Positions 18,902-29,325 of a stretch of 64,000 nt of DNA are shown one piece after another (the stretch's first letter is position 1; every line of letters begins with the position of its first letter). The notes below the pieces were generated by a model, which saw only the letters and a list, made by a program, of their open reading frames with translations, had not been told where the DNA came from and made no database searches. The stretch comes from an uncultured Oscillospiraceae bacterium (GTDB lineage Bacteria; Bacillota; Clostridia; Oscillospirales; Oscillospiraceae), in NCBI GenBank assembly GCA_947623875.1, contig CANQII010000001.1, positions 31,925 through 95,924 on the forward strand, given 5' to 3'. The translations under genes were made by a program, and so were the position numbers.

Positions 18902-20359
18902 CTATCCCCGCCGCTGAATCTTGGCCATGGTGGCCCGGTATGCGGCGATCTCCCTGTCTGCGTCCAGAGAGGTGGGGGCGGCGCCGGGGTAGAAGGAGGC
19001 AAACCGGGCCGCCTCGCCGCCTTGGATGCCGGCGAAGACCTTTTTCAGGGCAGCCAGCACGCGGAGAAAGTCGAAGGCAACGAAGTCGATGTAGCAGTTC
19101 TCGCTGCCGATGGAGATGCCGGTGATGGCGATGTCATCTCCGGCGGCATCCCGGATCCGCCGTGTCATGTTGGGAACGTGCCTCTTGGGTGGGGTGGTAC
19201 AGAGCTCTTTCGGATAGAACAGGAAGCCCGTAGCCACGCCCTGGGTGAGGAGATGGTTGAACAGATTGGAACTGCGCTCCCGGTATGCCTGCAGGATCTC
19301 CGGGAAACAGGTGGAGCTGTAGAGAATGTCGCTGCGGAGGCCAGCGGACGGCTTCAGGTGTTCCGCCTGCACGGCATATGTCTCCAGATAGCGGCGGGCC
19401 GATGTGTCCAGGTCTGCCCCCTCATGGACAATCAGGTCAAAAGCCAGGCAGTCCAGGCTTTGGGAGGGATTGACCAGCGGCTTGGAGGCCACGAGGACGG
19501 GGTCCAGATAGCGTTGGGCGGGGATCTCCCCGATGGCATAGGAGACCGCCCGTTTCGCCAGCCGCTTCGCCTCTATAGGGTCTCGCCTGGTCAGGGCTGC
19601 CAGGTCCTTCCGGTAGACGTGAATGGGACGGCGATTGCAGCCTCCCGGTTTCCCCAGGGTGTATCGGAAATGGGAGAGCGGGTAGGCCTTCCCATTGTAG
19701 CGGATGGGCTCATTCGGCTCTGTCTCGAAACCTGCCCGGAACTGCCATCTCTTTTGGGTGAGGGCGGGCAGGACGTGCTCCTCCAGGTAGAGCATGGGGA
19801 AGATGTCCCCCGGCGATTCTCCTATGCTGAACCGCATCTCGATGCCGCTGTCTGACGTGGCAAAGGCGGCGAGAAAGGGAGCGGTCTGGGCGTGAAAGAC
19901 TGAGCGCACCAGTTCAAAGGTTTTGAGGAATTCGCCGGTCTGCAGACAGCGGGCGATGTCTCCCTCGATCTGGAGGAAGGCACGCCACATCTGGGGGGCC
20001 AGCGCGGTAAAGCAGACCTTTGTCACGGGGAAGCGGCGGTGAAACTGGCAGATCTCCAGGTAGCCGGGCAGCCGGTCTGAGGCGGGCATCTGTTGAAACA
20101 GATTCTCTGCCAGATCGTAATGCTGCCACTCCAGTGCGGAGAGGGCGGCGCCGAATTGGTCCGGGAGAAGTCCTGTGCCGGAGAAATCGCCCATGAGGAT
20201 GTCTGCGTTGCAATAAACCTGGGTGCGGTATGCAAAGCAGTCTTTCAGCTTCTCCTCGCGCTGCTCCCACAGGTCCAGCGTGCTGAGAATATGCGGTTTG
20301 TGCTCTGGCTTGCACTGGCCCCGCTGTACCAGGCTGCGGATTCGGGTGATGATGTCCAT
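18902..20359 (-). CDS. Hypothetical protein, family A paralogue 2 (485 aa)
   Basis: GGAGGAG RBS; same motifs as its neighbours. Confidence 0.8.
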   Translation of the reverse strand: MDIITRIRSLVQRGQCKPEHKPHILSTLDLWEQREEKLKDCFAYRTQVYCNADILMGDFSGTGLLPDQFGAALSALEWQHYDLAENLFQQMPASDRLPGYLEICQFHRRFPVTKVCFTALAPQMWRAFLQIEGDIARCLQTGEFLKTFELVRSVFHAQTAPFLAAFATSDSGIEMRFSIGESPGDIFPMLYLEEHVLPALTQKRWQFRAGFETEPNEPIRYNGKAYPLSHFRYTLGKPGGCNRRPIHVYRKDLAALTRRDPIEAKRLAKRAVSYAIGEIPAQRYLDPVLVASKPLVNPSQSLDCLAFDLIVHEGADLDTSARRYLETYAVQAEHLKPSAGLRSDILYSSTCFPEILQAYRERSSNLFNHLLTQGVATGFLFYPKELCTTPPKRHVPNMTRRIRDAAGDDIAITGISIGSENCYIDFVAFDFLRVLAALKKVFAGIQGGEAARFASFYPGAAPTSLDADREIAAYRATMAKIQRRG

Positions 20360-20403
20360 GTGGGATCTCCTCCGGGTGCAAGAACAGGGATCTTCGAGGT
20401 GGG

Positions 20404-21846
20404 CTATGCCTGCCCCTGGATCTGGGCAATGGCGGCCCGATATGCGGCGATCTCCTTGTCTGCGTCCAGGGAGGTGGGCTTGGCGCCGGGGTAGAAGGAG
20501 GCAAACCGGGCCGCCTCGCCACCCTGGATGCCGGCAAAGACCTGCTTCAGGACGCCAAGGACCTTGAGAAAATCGTAGGCCACGAAGTCGATGTAGCAGA
20601 ACTTGTTGCCGAAGGCGCTGCCCGTGACTGTGATGTCATCTCCCGCCGCATTTTCGATCTGTTGCGCGATCTCCGTGTGGAACGTCTTCCTGCGAAGGCA
20701 GAGCTCTGAGGGAAAGAAGACGAACCCGGCCGCAACCCCCTGGCTGAGGAGGTTGTGGAAGATGTGGGACTGGCGCTCCCGGTACTCCTGGAGGAGCTCC
20801 GGGAAACAGGAGGTGCTGGTGAGAATGTCGCTGCGCAGACCGGCAGACGGCTTGAGATGGGATGCCTCCTGCGCATGGATGTCCAGGTACTCCCGGGCAG
20901 ACATCCGTACCTCAAGAAGCATTTCGAGAGGAAACCGATCTAAGGTTGCGGCGTCGCGGCCGAGGGAGCGCTTTGCCACCACGATGGGATCGAAGAGAGA
21001 TCTAGCTGCCAGCTCTCCGGCGGCATAGAACAGGGCGTCCTCTGCCACTTTCTGTGCCTCTGCGCTGTCTTTGGCGGCGAGCTTTGCCAGCGCGGTGTTG
21101 TATATCTGGATGCGCTTTTTCCCGTTATTTCCCCTGTCGTCCAGGTGGTACTGGAACGCGTTGAGCCCATAGAGGGATCCGGAGAGAAACACGCTCTCGT
21201 TCAGGGTGGGCTCCATGCCTGCCCGCGCCTGCCACCGCTTGATGCGGTCCGCCGGGAAATGCTCCTCCAGGTACAGCAGGGGGAAGATGTTCTCTATGGC
21301 ATCCCGCAGGCGGAACTGCAGCTGATAGGAGTCTCCCCGCTGGGCGATGGCAAAGGGGAAGGGGACGGTCTGGGCGTGAAAGATGTTGCAGATCAGCTCC
21401 ATCGCCCATGGGTTGGCCCCGGTCTCCAGCGCATGGGCGATGGTGTTCCCCCTCTTGCGGAAGTCCTCCCACAGTTGGGGCGCCAGCGCGGCATAGGTGG
21501 TGTTCCCCACGGGAAAGCGGCGGTGGAACCGGCAGATCTGCTGATAGCCGGGCAGCTGATAGCGCTCCGGCAGCTGCTGAAACAGGGACTCCGCCCGCTC
21601 GTAGTTCTGAAGCTCCAGGGCGGTGATGGCCATCCCGAAGCAGGTGAAGACATTCCCGCGCTCCTCCAGAAGCGATTCCGCCAGCGCCTCTTCGTTGCGC
21701 AGGGCCTCAATGCGGTAGGTGTAGCAGCCCTGGGGGTCGTGCTCCCGGCGTGCCCACAGGTTCAGCGCACTGCGCACCGAGTAGGCATAGCTGTTGGGGC
21801 ACTTTCGCTGATCGATCAGTTTCGCAATCCGTTTGATGACGTCCAT
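20404..21846 (-). CDS. Hypothetical protein, family A paralogue 1 (480 aa)
   Basis: AAGGAGG RBS before ATG 21846; same motifs. Confidence 0.8.
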   Translation of the reverse strand: MDVIKRIAKLIDQRKCPNSYAYSVRSALNLWARREHDPQGCYTYRIEALRNEEALAESLLEERGNVFTCFGMAITALELQNYERAESLFQQLPERYQLPGYQQICRFHRRFPVGNTTYAALAPQLWEDFRKRGNTIAHALETGANPWAMELICNIFHAQTVPFPFAIAQRGDSYQLQFRLRDAIENIFPLLYLEEHFPADRIKRWQARAGMEPTLNESVFLSGSLYGLNAFQYHLDDRGNNGKKRIQIYNTALAKLAAKDSAEAQKVAEDALFYAAGELAARSLFDPIVVAKRSLGRDAATLDRFPLEMLLEVRMSAREYLDIHAQEASHLKPSAGLRSDILTSTSCFPELLQEYRERQSHIFHNLLSQGVAAGFVFFPSELCLRRKTFHTEIAQQIENAAGDDITVTGSAFGNKFCYIDFVAYDFLKVLGVLKQVFAGIQGGEAARFASFYPGAKPTSLDADKEIAAYRAAIAQIQGQA

Positions 21847-22143
21847 AAGGTCCTCCTTCTGTTTTGTGTGGGGAATCCCATCCGTTTCGTGTGTCCATTC
21901 TACCCGATCTCCGCTGCCGCTGCAAGGCAAAATCTGCCGCTTTTTCATGCTTTTCGTCCGAAATTTCCCCCGGTGTTCCGGCTTGAGCCCCCTGCTTTGC
22001 CCTTTTTCCTGATATTGGCCGGCGGAGTTACACTTTTTTGGAGAAATTCACAAAAAGGTATGGCGCAGCGGAGAGAAGTATGCTATAATGCGGGGGCAGG
22101 GGGGCCCGTAGACCCTGTATCACTGGCGGAAGGAGTTAGAACC

Positions 22144-22686
22144 ATGAAGTTTACCTTTACAGAGAAGAAAGTCGATCTGTCCAAGAGACTCCACAACTAC
22201 GCAGAGAAGAAGGTAGGTAAGCTGGACCGGTATTTCCGGACCGAGGCGGAGGCCAACCTGGTGTTCAGCGTAGAGAAGGACCGCAACAAGGTGGAGCTCA
22301 CCATCCGCTCCGGCAGCACCACCCTTCGGGTGTCTGAGAGCACCTCCGACATGTACGCATCTGTGGATGCCGCCGTCACATCCATGGAGCGGCAGCTGCG
22401 CAAGCACAAGACCCGCCTGGAGAAGCGGCTGCGCACCGCAGCTTTCACCCCCACCGAGCCGGAAGAGCTCACCTCCTTCGCACCGGACGAGGAGGAAGAG
22501 GAAGAGTTCCATGTGGTCCGCACCAAGAAGTTCCCCATCAAGCCCATGACCGTGGACGAGGCGATCTTGGAGATGGACCTCATCGGCCACACCTTCTTCG
22601 CATTCAAGAACGAGGACAGCGGCGTATTCGCCGTAGTGTACAAGCGCAACGATGGCGGCTACGGCCTCATCGAAGACGAGACCTGA
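22144..22686 (+). CDS. hpf: Ribosome hibernation promoting factor (long HPF/RaiA)
   Basis: YAEKKVGKLDRYF, DMYASVD, RQLRKHKTRL, KPMTVDEAILEM, VVYKRNDGGYGLIE; AAGGAG RBS; TGcTATAAT at 22081. Confidence 0.93.
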   Translation: MKFTFTEKKVDLSKRLHNYAEKKVGKLDRYFRTEAEANLVFSVEKDRNKVELTIRSGSTTLRVSESTSDMYASVDAAVTSMERQLRKHKTRLEKRLRTAAFTPTEPEELTSFAPDEEEEEEFHVVRTKKFPIKPMTVDEAILEMDLIGHTFFAFKNEDSGVFAVVYKRNDGGYGLIEDET

Positions 22687-22694
22687 TTCCGCTG

Positions 22695-22726
22695 GACGCC
22701 CTGCCGCACGCCGGCAGGGCGTCTTT
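22695..22726 (+). terminator. Terminator after hpf
   Basis: gacgccctgccg-cacgc-cggcagggcgtc-ttt. Confidence 0.7.
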
Positions 22727-22982
22727 CCGCGATTGGGGACTGTTTCGTGGAAGAAAAAATACGCTGTATGCGGCATTTTAGACAGTTTGGCAATGGCATT
22801 TCCTGTCGATGTGTGATAAAATAAAGGGCAATTCGTTGTTGGTGCAGGGAATGGACAGACCGTTCCGGAAAATGGGGCGCAGTCTCAAGGACGAGAAAAA
22901 ACTCTGGTAATTTCCGCCGTATCATGGTAGTATATTCCGGTGTAAGGTGCCGCAACGGCAATCATATCTGCGGGGTGATCGC

Positions 22983-23825
22983 ATGAAGTTTTGGATGGCG
23001 ATTGTATTGGGCTTGGTGCAGGGAGTGGCAGAATTCCTGCCGATCTCCAGTTCTGGACACCTGGCTCTCTTAGAGCACTTCTTCAATATGGAAGAGCCGG
23101 ATGACTTATTCAATGTTTTACTCCACTTTGCAACCTTGATCGCGGTGTGCATCGCATACCGCGAGGACATCATCGCCATGATTACGGAGTTCTTCCGGGG
23201 CCTGGCCGTCATGTTCTCCGGCCCGTCCAACCGCACCGAGGAGCGGCCGCCTGAGGCCCGGCGCCTGGTGTTCCTGGTGATCGTGGGTACCCTGCCGCTG
23301 TTTCTGGTACTGCCGTTCCAGGACTTCGTGGAGGGCCTTGCCGCCAGTCCCGCCTTTGTGTCCTGCGCCCTCATCGCCACCGGCATCATCCTCTTTGCGG
23401 CAGACCGGAAGAAAGACGGCAAGAAGACCGCCCGCAATGCCACCGTGCAGGACGCCGTGCTCATCGGCCTGGCCCAGGGCCTTGCCACCATTCCGGGCCT
23501 GTCCCGCTCTGGCACCACCATCTCTGCCGGTATGGCCCTGGGGCTGAACCGTCAGTTTGCCGTCCGGTACTCCTTCCTGCTCTCCCTTCCCGCCGTCCTG
23601 GGCGCCACCCTTTTGAAGGTGGTGAAGGTGATCGGGGCCGGCGGCATCGACACCGAAGTGATTCCCATGTACCTCACTGGCATGGTACTGGCTGGCATCG
23701 TGGGCTACTTTGCCGTGCAGCTGGTGAAGCTTCTGGCAGACAAGGGCAAGTTTGGCGGTTTCGCGTTCTACTGCTGGGCACTGGGCCTCGCCGCCCTCAT
23801 CGCCCAGGCGATACTGAAAGTGTAA
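22983..23825 (+). CDS. uppP: Undecaprenyl-diphosphate phosphatase
   Basis: VQGVAEFLPISSSGHL and PGLSRSGTTI motifs. Confidence 0.95.
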   Translation: MKFWMAIVLGLVQGVAEFLPISSSGHLALLEHFFNMEEPDDLFNVLLHFATLIAVCIAYREDIIAMITEFFRGLAVMFSGPSNRTEERPPEARRLVFLVIVGTLPLFLVLPFQDFVEGLAASPAFVSCALIATGIILFAADRKKDGKKTARNATVQDAVLIGLAQGLATIPGLSRSGTTISAGMALGLNRQFAVRYSFLLSLPAVLGATLLKVVKVIGAGGIDTEVIPMYLTGMVLAGIVGYFAVQLVKLLADKGKFGGFAFYCWALGLAALIAQAILKV

Positions 23826-23888
23826 TCCCACTGGCAATCCGCTGCCGGCGGGCAATTTCGCAGATGGATTCAGGAGGAAATTCCGTTC

Positions 23889-26786
23889 ATGGCAGCAAGT
23901 ACAACCAAGAAAAAATCGACCTCTTCGTCTGGAAAGTCCGGATCGACCACGCGGAAATCCAGTTCTTCCAGCGCGAAGAGCAGCGGAAAGGGCCGCAGCA
24001 GCTCCAGCCGCAAGACGCCGGCGAAAAAGCCGATCCGCCGGGAGGTGGGGGCGCTGGTCTGCCTGGTGCTGGCACTGTTTGCAGCCATCGGGTATTTCGT
24101 CTCAGACGAAGGGGCCTTTATCGCATTCTTCTGCAACTTCATCAAGGGCCTCTGCGGGTACGGGTTCTGGATCGCTCCGCTGATGCTGCTGGCGGCGTCC
24201 TTCCTGCTGTTCAACCACCGGGGTCAGCCCATCGAGCTGCGCCTCACCGGCATTCTGATCCTGCCGGTTCTGGTGGGGGCCTTCTGCCACCTGCTGCTGG
24301 CGGAGGCCTACGAGGGCACGATGATGGAGGTGCTGGGGGGACTCTGGACAGACGGCATCGCCCAGCACTCCGGCGGTGTATTGGGCGGCCTTCTCGCCAT
24401 GGCGGTGAATTTTGCCTTCTCCCTGGTGGGCGGCGGCCTGCTGCTGGCAGTGCTCATCGCGGCGGCGGTGCTCATCGCCCTGCACATCACCCCGGCAGAT
24501 ATCTTCAACTTCTTCACCGAGACCCGGGACAACATGGTCCCTTACGACCCCGCAGACTATCCCCCCAGACCCCAGCGGGAGAGACGCCGTGTGGCCTACG
24601 ATGATGAGGCCCCGGAGCGGGCGCCCCGGGGCAAGAATGCCATCGACATCCCCGTGGACGATGGCCCGGTGATCAAGCCCATCAAGCCCACCGAGCCGGT
24701 TACCACAGTGAAAAAGAAGAGCTTCTTCAACAAGAACCCCAACGTGATGGGACCGGACGAGATGGCCACCGGCAAGACCCGGCAGCAGAATCCGGAGGAG
24801 CCCCAGTACGAGGACGCCCCGGAGATCGAGCCCATCCCCGAGCCGCCGAAAAAGCGGAAACAGGAGAAGCCGGCGCCGATGCCGGTGGAGCCTATTGTGG
24901 AAGAGCCCAAACACGAGGAGGCGCCTGCACCGGAGGACGATGGTCCGGACATCATCGCCGCCAGGCCTGAGCCTAAGCCGTCCAGCTTCCGCCTCTTCGG
25001 ACAGAAGAACGTGGATCCCGATACGGAGAAGCATATCGTGGCGCCGGAGCCCCCGGAAGAGGAGGACGAGCCGCTGCCCGCCTTTGGGGTGCCGGTGATC
25101 CGCCAGCCGGCGGTTACCCGGGAGAGCAGGGGAGACCAGGTGTCCAAGGCGGACGCCCAGGCGGCCCAGGCGGACATCGCCAAGGAGATCGAGGCCGGCA
25201 TGGGACAGGATGTGCCGGAGTACCGCTATCCGCCTCTCGAGCTCTTAAACGAAGGCGTGGCCCACTCTGGGGCCTCTCCGGAGCTCATGGCCACGAAACA
25301 GCGGCTGCAGGGCGCCCTGGCGTCCTTCAACGTAGACGCCCATATTACAAACGTGATCAGCGGCCCCGCGGTGACCCGATATGAACTGGAACTGGAGCAG
25401 GGCGTGAAGCTGAACAAGATCGTGAACCTCTCTAACGACATCGCTTTGAGCTTGGGTGCCCAGTCCGTGCGGGTGGCCCCCATCCCCAACAAGATCTCCA
25501 CCGTGGGCATCGAGGTGCCCAACGCCAAGGTCACCCCGGTGGCCATCCGGGAGGTGCTGGAGTCCGAGGCCTTCCAAAACAGCAAGTCCAAGGTCTCCTT
25601 TGCCGTGGGCAAGGACATCTCCGGAAACTGCATCGTAGGCGACATAGACCGCATGCCCCACCTGCTCATCGCCGGTACCACCGGCTCCGGCAAGTCCGTG
25701 TGCACCAACTCCCTGATCATCTCGCTGCTCTATAAGTCCACCCCGGAAGAGGTCCGCCTCATTATGGTGGACCCTAAGATGGTGGAATTGGCCCCCTATA
25801 ACGGCATCCCGCACCTGTTGATCCCGGTGGTTACCGATCCCAAGAAAGCCGCCGGCGCCCTGCAGTGGGCGGTGAACGAGATGATGAAGCGCTACACCAC
25901 CTTCTCGGAGATCGGCGCCAAGAACATCTCCTCATACAACAACCACGCCCGCAAAGAGGGCAAAGAGACCATGGCCCACATCGTGGTGGTCATCGACGAG
26001 CTGGCAGACCTGATGGTGGTGGCCGCCAAAGAGGTGGAGGAATCCATCTGCCGGGTGGCCCAGATGGGCCGCGCCGCCGGCATGCACCTGGTGGTAGCCA
26101 CCCAGAGACCGTCTTCTGACGTGATCACCGGCCTTATGAAGGCCAACATCCCCAGCCGCATCGCCTTCGCCGTGAAAGAGGCCATCAACTCTCGGATCAT
26201 CCTGGACGCCGCCGGCGCGGAAAAACTGGTGGGCAAGGGAGACATGCTGTATGCGCCGCTGGGCCAGGACCGGCTCCGGGTCCAAGGCTGCTTCATCTCG
26301 GAAGAAGAGGTGCAGGCCGTGGTGGACTTCATCAAGGAGGGCGCCACCGCCAGCTACGATGAGAGCGTCATGCACGAGATCGACAAGAACGCCGAGGAGA
26401 AGGACAAGGCGGCCAAGGGACCCTCTGAGGCCGCAGACATCAGCAACGACTACGATGAGCTGCTCCCCAACGCGGTGGATGTGGTGCTGGAAGTGGGACA
26501 GGCCTCTGTCTCCATGCTGCAGCGCCGGTTGAAGCTGGGCTACGGCCGGGCCGCCAGACTGGTGGACCAGATGGAGGAGATCGGCATTGTGGGCCCGTAC
26601 GAGGGCTCCAAACCCCGCCAGCTGAAGGTGACCAAGGCCCAGTGGGCGGAGATGAAGTATAAGCGCGGCTTTGCCGAGGCGCCTGGCCCCGGCTTCGATC
26701 CCGGCCCGGTGCCGGAGGAGTTCCCGGGCGAGGAAGATGCCATCGCCCAGTCCATGGACTTTATGGGAGACGACGAAGACCTGTAG
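23889..26786 (+). CDS. ftsK: DNA translocase FtsK/SpoIIIE
   Basis: N-terminal TM segments, Pro/Glu linker, PHLLIAGTTGSGKS, IDELADLM, ATQRPS, gamma domain SMLQRRLKLGYGRAARL. Confidence 0.96.
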   Translation: MAASTTKKKSTSSSGKSGSTTRKSSSSSAKSSGKGRSSSSRKTPAKKPIRREVGALVCLVLALFAAIGYFVSDEGAFIAFFCNFIKGLCGYGFWIAPLMLLAASFLLFNHRGQPIELRLTGILILPVLVGAFCHLLLAEAYEGTMMEVLGGLWTDGIAQHSGGVLGGLLAMAVNFAFSLVGGGLLLAVLIAAAVLIALHITPADIFNFFTETRDNMVPYDPADYPPRPQRERRRVAYDDEAPERAPRGKNAIDIPVDDGPVIKPIKPTEPVTTVKKKSFFNKNPNVMGPDEMATGKTRQQNPEEPQYEDAPEIEPIPEPPKKRKQEKPAPMPVEPIVEEPKHEEAPAPEDDGPDIIAARPEPKPSSFRLFGQKNVDPDTEKHIVAPEPPEEEDEPLPAFGVPVIRQPAVTRESRGDQVSKADAQAAQADIAKEIEAGMGQDVPEYRYPPLELLNEGVAHSGASPELMATKQRLQGALASFNVDAHITNVISGPAVTRYELELEQGVKLNKIVNLSNDIALSLGAQSVRVAPIPNKISTVGIEVPNAKVTPVAIREVLESEAFQNSKSKVSFAVGKDISGNCIVGDIDRMPHLLIAGTTGSGKSVCTNSLIISLLYKSTPEEVRLIMVDPKMVELAPYNGIPHLLIPVVTDPKKAAGALQWAVNEMMKRYTTFSEIGAKNISSYNNHARKEGKETMAHIVVVIDELADLMVVAAKEVEESICRVAQMGRAAGMHLVVATQRPSSDVITGLMKANIPSRIAFAVKEAINSRIILDAAGAEKLVGKGDMLYAPLGQDRLRVQGCFISEEEVQAVVDFIKEGATASYDESVMHEIDKNAEEKDKAAKGPSEAADISNDYDELLPNAVDVVLEVGQASVSMLQRRLKLGYGRAARLVDQMEEIGIVGPYEGSKPRQLKVTKAQWAEMKYKRGFAEAPGPGFDPGPVPEEFPGEEDAIAQSMDFMGDDEDL

Positions 26787-26855
26787 GGCAGGGGAAAAGT
26801 GCAGACTGCAGAGACGCTGTACAGGCGAATCCCTTGACAGGATAATAGACAGAGA

Positions 26856-26890
26856 AAACGGCCAGCCGCGCTCCACGCGGCTGGCCGTTT
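26856..26890. terminator. Bidirectional terminator between ftsK and nrdR
   Basis: aaacggccagccgcg-ctcca-cgcggctggccgttt. Confidence 0.75.
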
Positions 26891-26921
26891 GAGATGAATA
26901 AGGACGTCTTGCGCCGCCGGC

Positions 26922-27377
26922 TCACTTCTCCGCCAGCAGCTTGTTCAGCTCATTTACAAAGCTGTTGATGTCCTTGAACTTGCGGTACACAGAGGCGAAG
27001 CGGACATAGCTCACCTCGTCCACATCCTTCAGCTTTTCCATCACCAACTCGCCGATGTCTGTGCTGCGCACTTCGCGCTCCATGGTGTTCTGGAGAGACT
27101 GTTCGATCTCATCCACGATGCGCTCCAGGGTGTCGATGGACACCGAGCGCTTCTCGCAGGCCTTCATCATGCTGCCCAGCAGTTTGTTGCGGTCGAAGGC
27201 CTGCCGGCTGCTGTCCCGCTTCACCACCGTCAGGGGGAGGCTCTCAATGGTCTCGTAGGTGGTAAAGCGCTTGTGGCAGGCCAGACACTCCCTGCGGCGG
27301 CGGATGCTGCTGCCTTCTTCAGCGGGCCTTGAGTCTACCACTTTGCTCTCTAAGTTGGCACAGTATGGGCATTTCAT
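26922..27377 (-). CDS. nrdR: Transcriptional repressor NrdR
   Basis: MKCPYC...SKVVDSR...[16 protein letters not shown]; ATP cone; YVRFASVY. Confidence 0.96.
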   Translation of the reverse strand: MKCPYCANLESKVVDSRPAEEGSSIRRRRECLACHKRFTTYETIESLPLTVVKRDSSRQAFDRNKLLGSMMKACEKRSVSIDTLERIVDEIEQSLQNTMEREVRSTDIGELVMEKLKDVDEVSYVRFASVYRKFKDINSFVNELNKLLAEK

Positions 27378-27402
27378 GATTGGGGGATCCTTTCTGCGGG
27401 GA

Positions 27403-28035
27403 TTACTTTGTGCCGAAGATCCGGTCTCCGGCATCGCCGAGACCGGGGACGATGTAGGCGTGGTCGTTCAGCTTCTCATCCACGGCGGCTACGTAGATGT
27501 CCACATCCGGGTGATCCCTGCGGATGCACTCGATGCCCTGGGGCGCTGCCAGGATGTTCATGAGCTTGATGTTCTTGCAGCCATAGCCCTTGATGAAGGT
27601 AATGGCGGCAGAGGCGGAGCCGCCGGTGGCCAGCATGGGGTCCAGCACGATGACTTCCCGCTCGGAGATGTCCGGGGGCATCTTGCAGTAGTACTCCACC
27701 GGGGCATGGGTCTCCGGATCCCGGTACAGGCCGATGTGGCCCACCTTGGCGGAGGGGATCAACTGCAGAATGCCGTCCACCATGCCGAGACCGGCCCGAA
27801 GGATGGGGACAATGGCCAGTTTCTTGCCGGCCAGACTCTTGAAGGTGGCTTTCGCGAGGGGGGTCTCCACCTCTACGTCCTCCAGAGGCAGATCCCGGGT
27901 GGCCTCATAGCACTCCAGCATAGCCACCTCAGAGACGATCTCCCGGAACTCCTTGACGCCGGTGTTCTTGTCCCGCAGGATGGTGAGCTTGTGCTGCAGC
28001 AGCGGGTGGTCCAGTACGTGTAGTTTGTCTTCCAT
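27403..28035 (-). CDS. upp: Uracil phosphoribosyltransferase
   Basis: [36 protein letters not shown]. Confidence 0.97.
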   Translation of the reverse strand: MEDKLHVLDHPLLQHKLTILRDKNTGVKEFREIVSEVAMLECYEATRDLPLEDVEVETPLAKATFKSLAGKKLAIVPILRAGLGMVDGILQLIPSAKVGHIGLYRDPETHAPVEYYCKMPPDISEREVIVLDPMLATGGSASAAITFIKGYGCKNIKLMNILAAPQGIECIRRDHPDVDIYVAAVDEKLNDHAYIVPGLGDAGDRIFGTK

Positions 28036-28069
28036 GTGTGTACCCCTTTCTAGGATTTGTGGTTCGGTC

Positions 28070-28774
28070 TCAGGAACGGGACAGGCGCTCCAAGCGCTCG
28101 CGCTCGGCCTGGCTCAGCCTGTGGTACGAGGGGGCCATGGCAGCGGCGGAAACCAGCTCCCCCGCTTCGGCCATGCGGCAGGCCGCCAGGGCCACGCCGA
28201 AGGCGGACTGCCAGCGGAGGTGGGACGGGGGAATCACCGCCGGGATCCCCATTTGGATAAAGGCATTATAACATAGTTCTGCGCCGTCTCCAACAAGAAT
28301 TTGTGTTTTTCCGGACTTTTTTGCCTCTTCTGCTAGAAGTTCTACACCGGTGGCCCGGTCTTCGCTGAGGCGGAGGAGGGTATTGCCATCGCCCAGAAAG
28401 CGGGCTGCATAGACCTGATTTCGCCGGGCGTCCATCACCGCGCAGATCTCCATGCCCATGTGGGTGCAGGGCCACGCCATGGACTCCAGGGTGGAACAGG
28501 GGGCACAGGGCAGGTCCCGGGGCCAGGCCAGGCCCTTGGCGGCTGCCACGCCGATGCGCACGCCGGTAAAGGAGCCGGGGCCTGCGGCCACGGCCACCGT
28601 GTCCACCTCCTCGATGCTGCTGCCCGCATTTTTCAGCATGTCTGCGATCATGGGCATCAGGGTAACAGAGTGGGTGAGGCCGGTGCGCAGAAAGGACTGG
28701 GCGATGAGCTCTCTGCCTTGGGTAAGGGCGGCGGATGCGCACACCGCCGACGTCTCTATGGCCAGAATCTTCAC
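28070..28774 (-). CDS. tsaB: tRNA t6A biosynthesis protein TsaB
   Basis: [33 protein letters not shown]. Confidence 0.95.
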   Translation of the reverse strand: MKILAIETSAVCASAALTQGRELIAQSFLRTGLTHSVTLMPMIADMLKNAGSSIEEVDTVAVAAGPGSFTGVRIGVAAAKGLAWPRDLPCAPCSTLESMAWPCTHMGMEICAVMDARRNQVYAARFLGDGNTLLRLSEDRATGVELLAEEAKKSGKTQILVGDGAELCYNAFIQMGIPAVIPPSHLRWQSAFGVALAACRMAEAGELVSAAAMAPSYHRLSQAERERLERLSRS

Positions 28775-29196
28775 AGGTTTGCTCCCTCCATGCGGATGAT
28801 GCGGTCGTTATCGCCCTCGCCCCGGGTGATGGAGACCCGGATGGCATCGGACTCAATGGCCTCTGCCACGTTTTCGCTCCACTCCACGGCGCAGACGCCG
28901 CCCCGGACCAGGTAGTCCTCCCAGCCGATGTGGAAGAGCTCGTCTGCGCTCTCCAGCCGGTACATGTCAAAGTGGAAGAGGGGGAGCCTGCCGCCCTCCA
29001 GTTCGTTTACAATCGTGAAAGTGGGGCTGGTGACCCGTTCCGGGATATGCAGCCCCTCCGCCATGCCGGAGACAAAGGCGGTTTTGCCGGCGCCCAGGTC
29101 TCCTGTAAAGGCCACCACTTCGCCGCCTTTCAGGGTCTCAGCCAGCTTCGCGCCCAGGGCTCTGGTCTCCTCCGGGCTGTGGGTGATCCATTCCAT
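28771..29196 (-). CDS. tsaE: tRNA t6A biosynthesis ATPase TsaE
   Basis: GDLGAGKT, SPTFTIV, HFDMYRL, VEW. Confidence 0.96.
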   Translation of the reverse strand: MEWITHSPEETRALGAKLAETLKGGEVVAFTGDLGAGKTAFVSGMAEGLHIPERVTSPTFTIVNELEGGRLPLFHFDMYRLESADELFHIGWEDYLVRGGVCAVEWSENVAEAIESDAIRVSITRGEGDNDRIIRMEGANL

Positions 29197-29259
29197 TGTG
29201 TGCCATCTCCTCGTTGCCCTCCGGGGGCAAGGCTTAGAAAAGTGTGAACTATTCTCGAA

Positions 29260-29294
29260 CAGTATAGCATATCTCCGAGGAATGTGCTATACTG
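29260..29294. promoter_or_regulatory. Back-to-back extended -10 elements for tsaE and the FtsW/RodA gene
   Basis: cagtatagcatat...atgtgctatactg gives TGcTATACT on both strands. Confidence 0.6.
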
Positions 29295-29325
29295 AATTGT
29301 GTTTTTTCCGAAAGGAGGCGCCGCC

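Noticed and set aside
21145-22143. Long N-terminal extension of hpf in the ORF track
   Set aside because: Overlaps a family A gene on the opposite strand; the true start is ATG 22144, with its own RBS and promoter.
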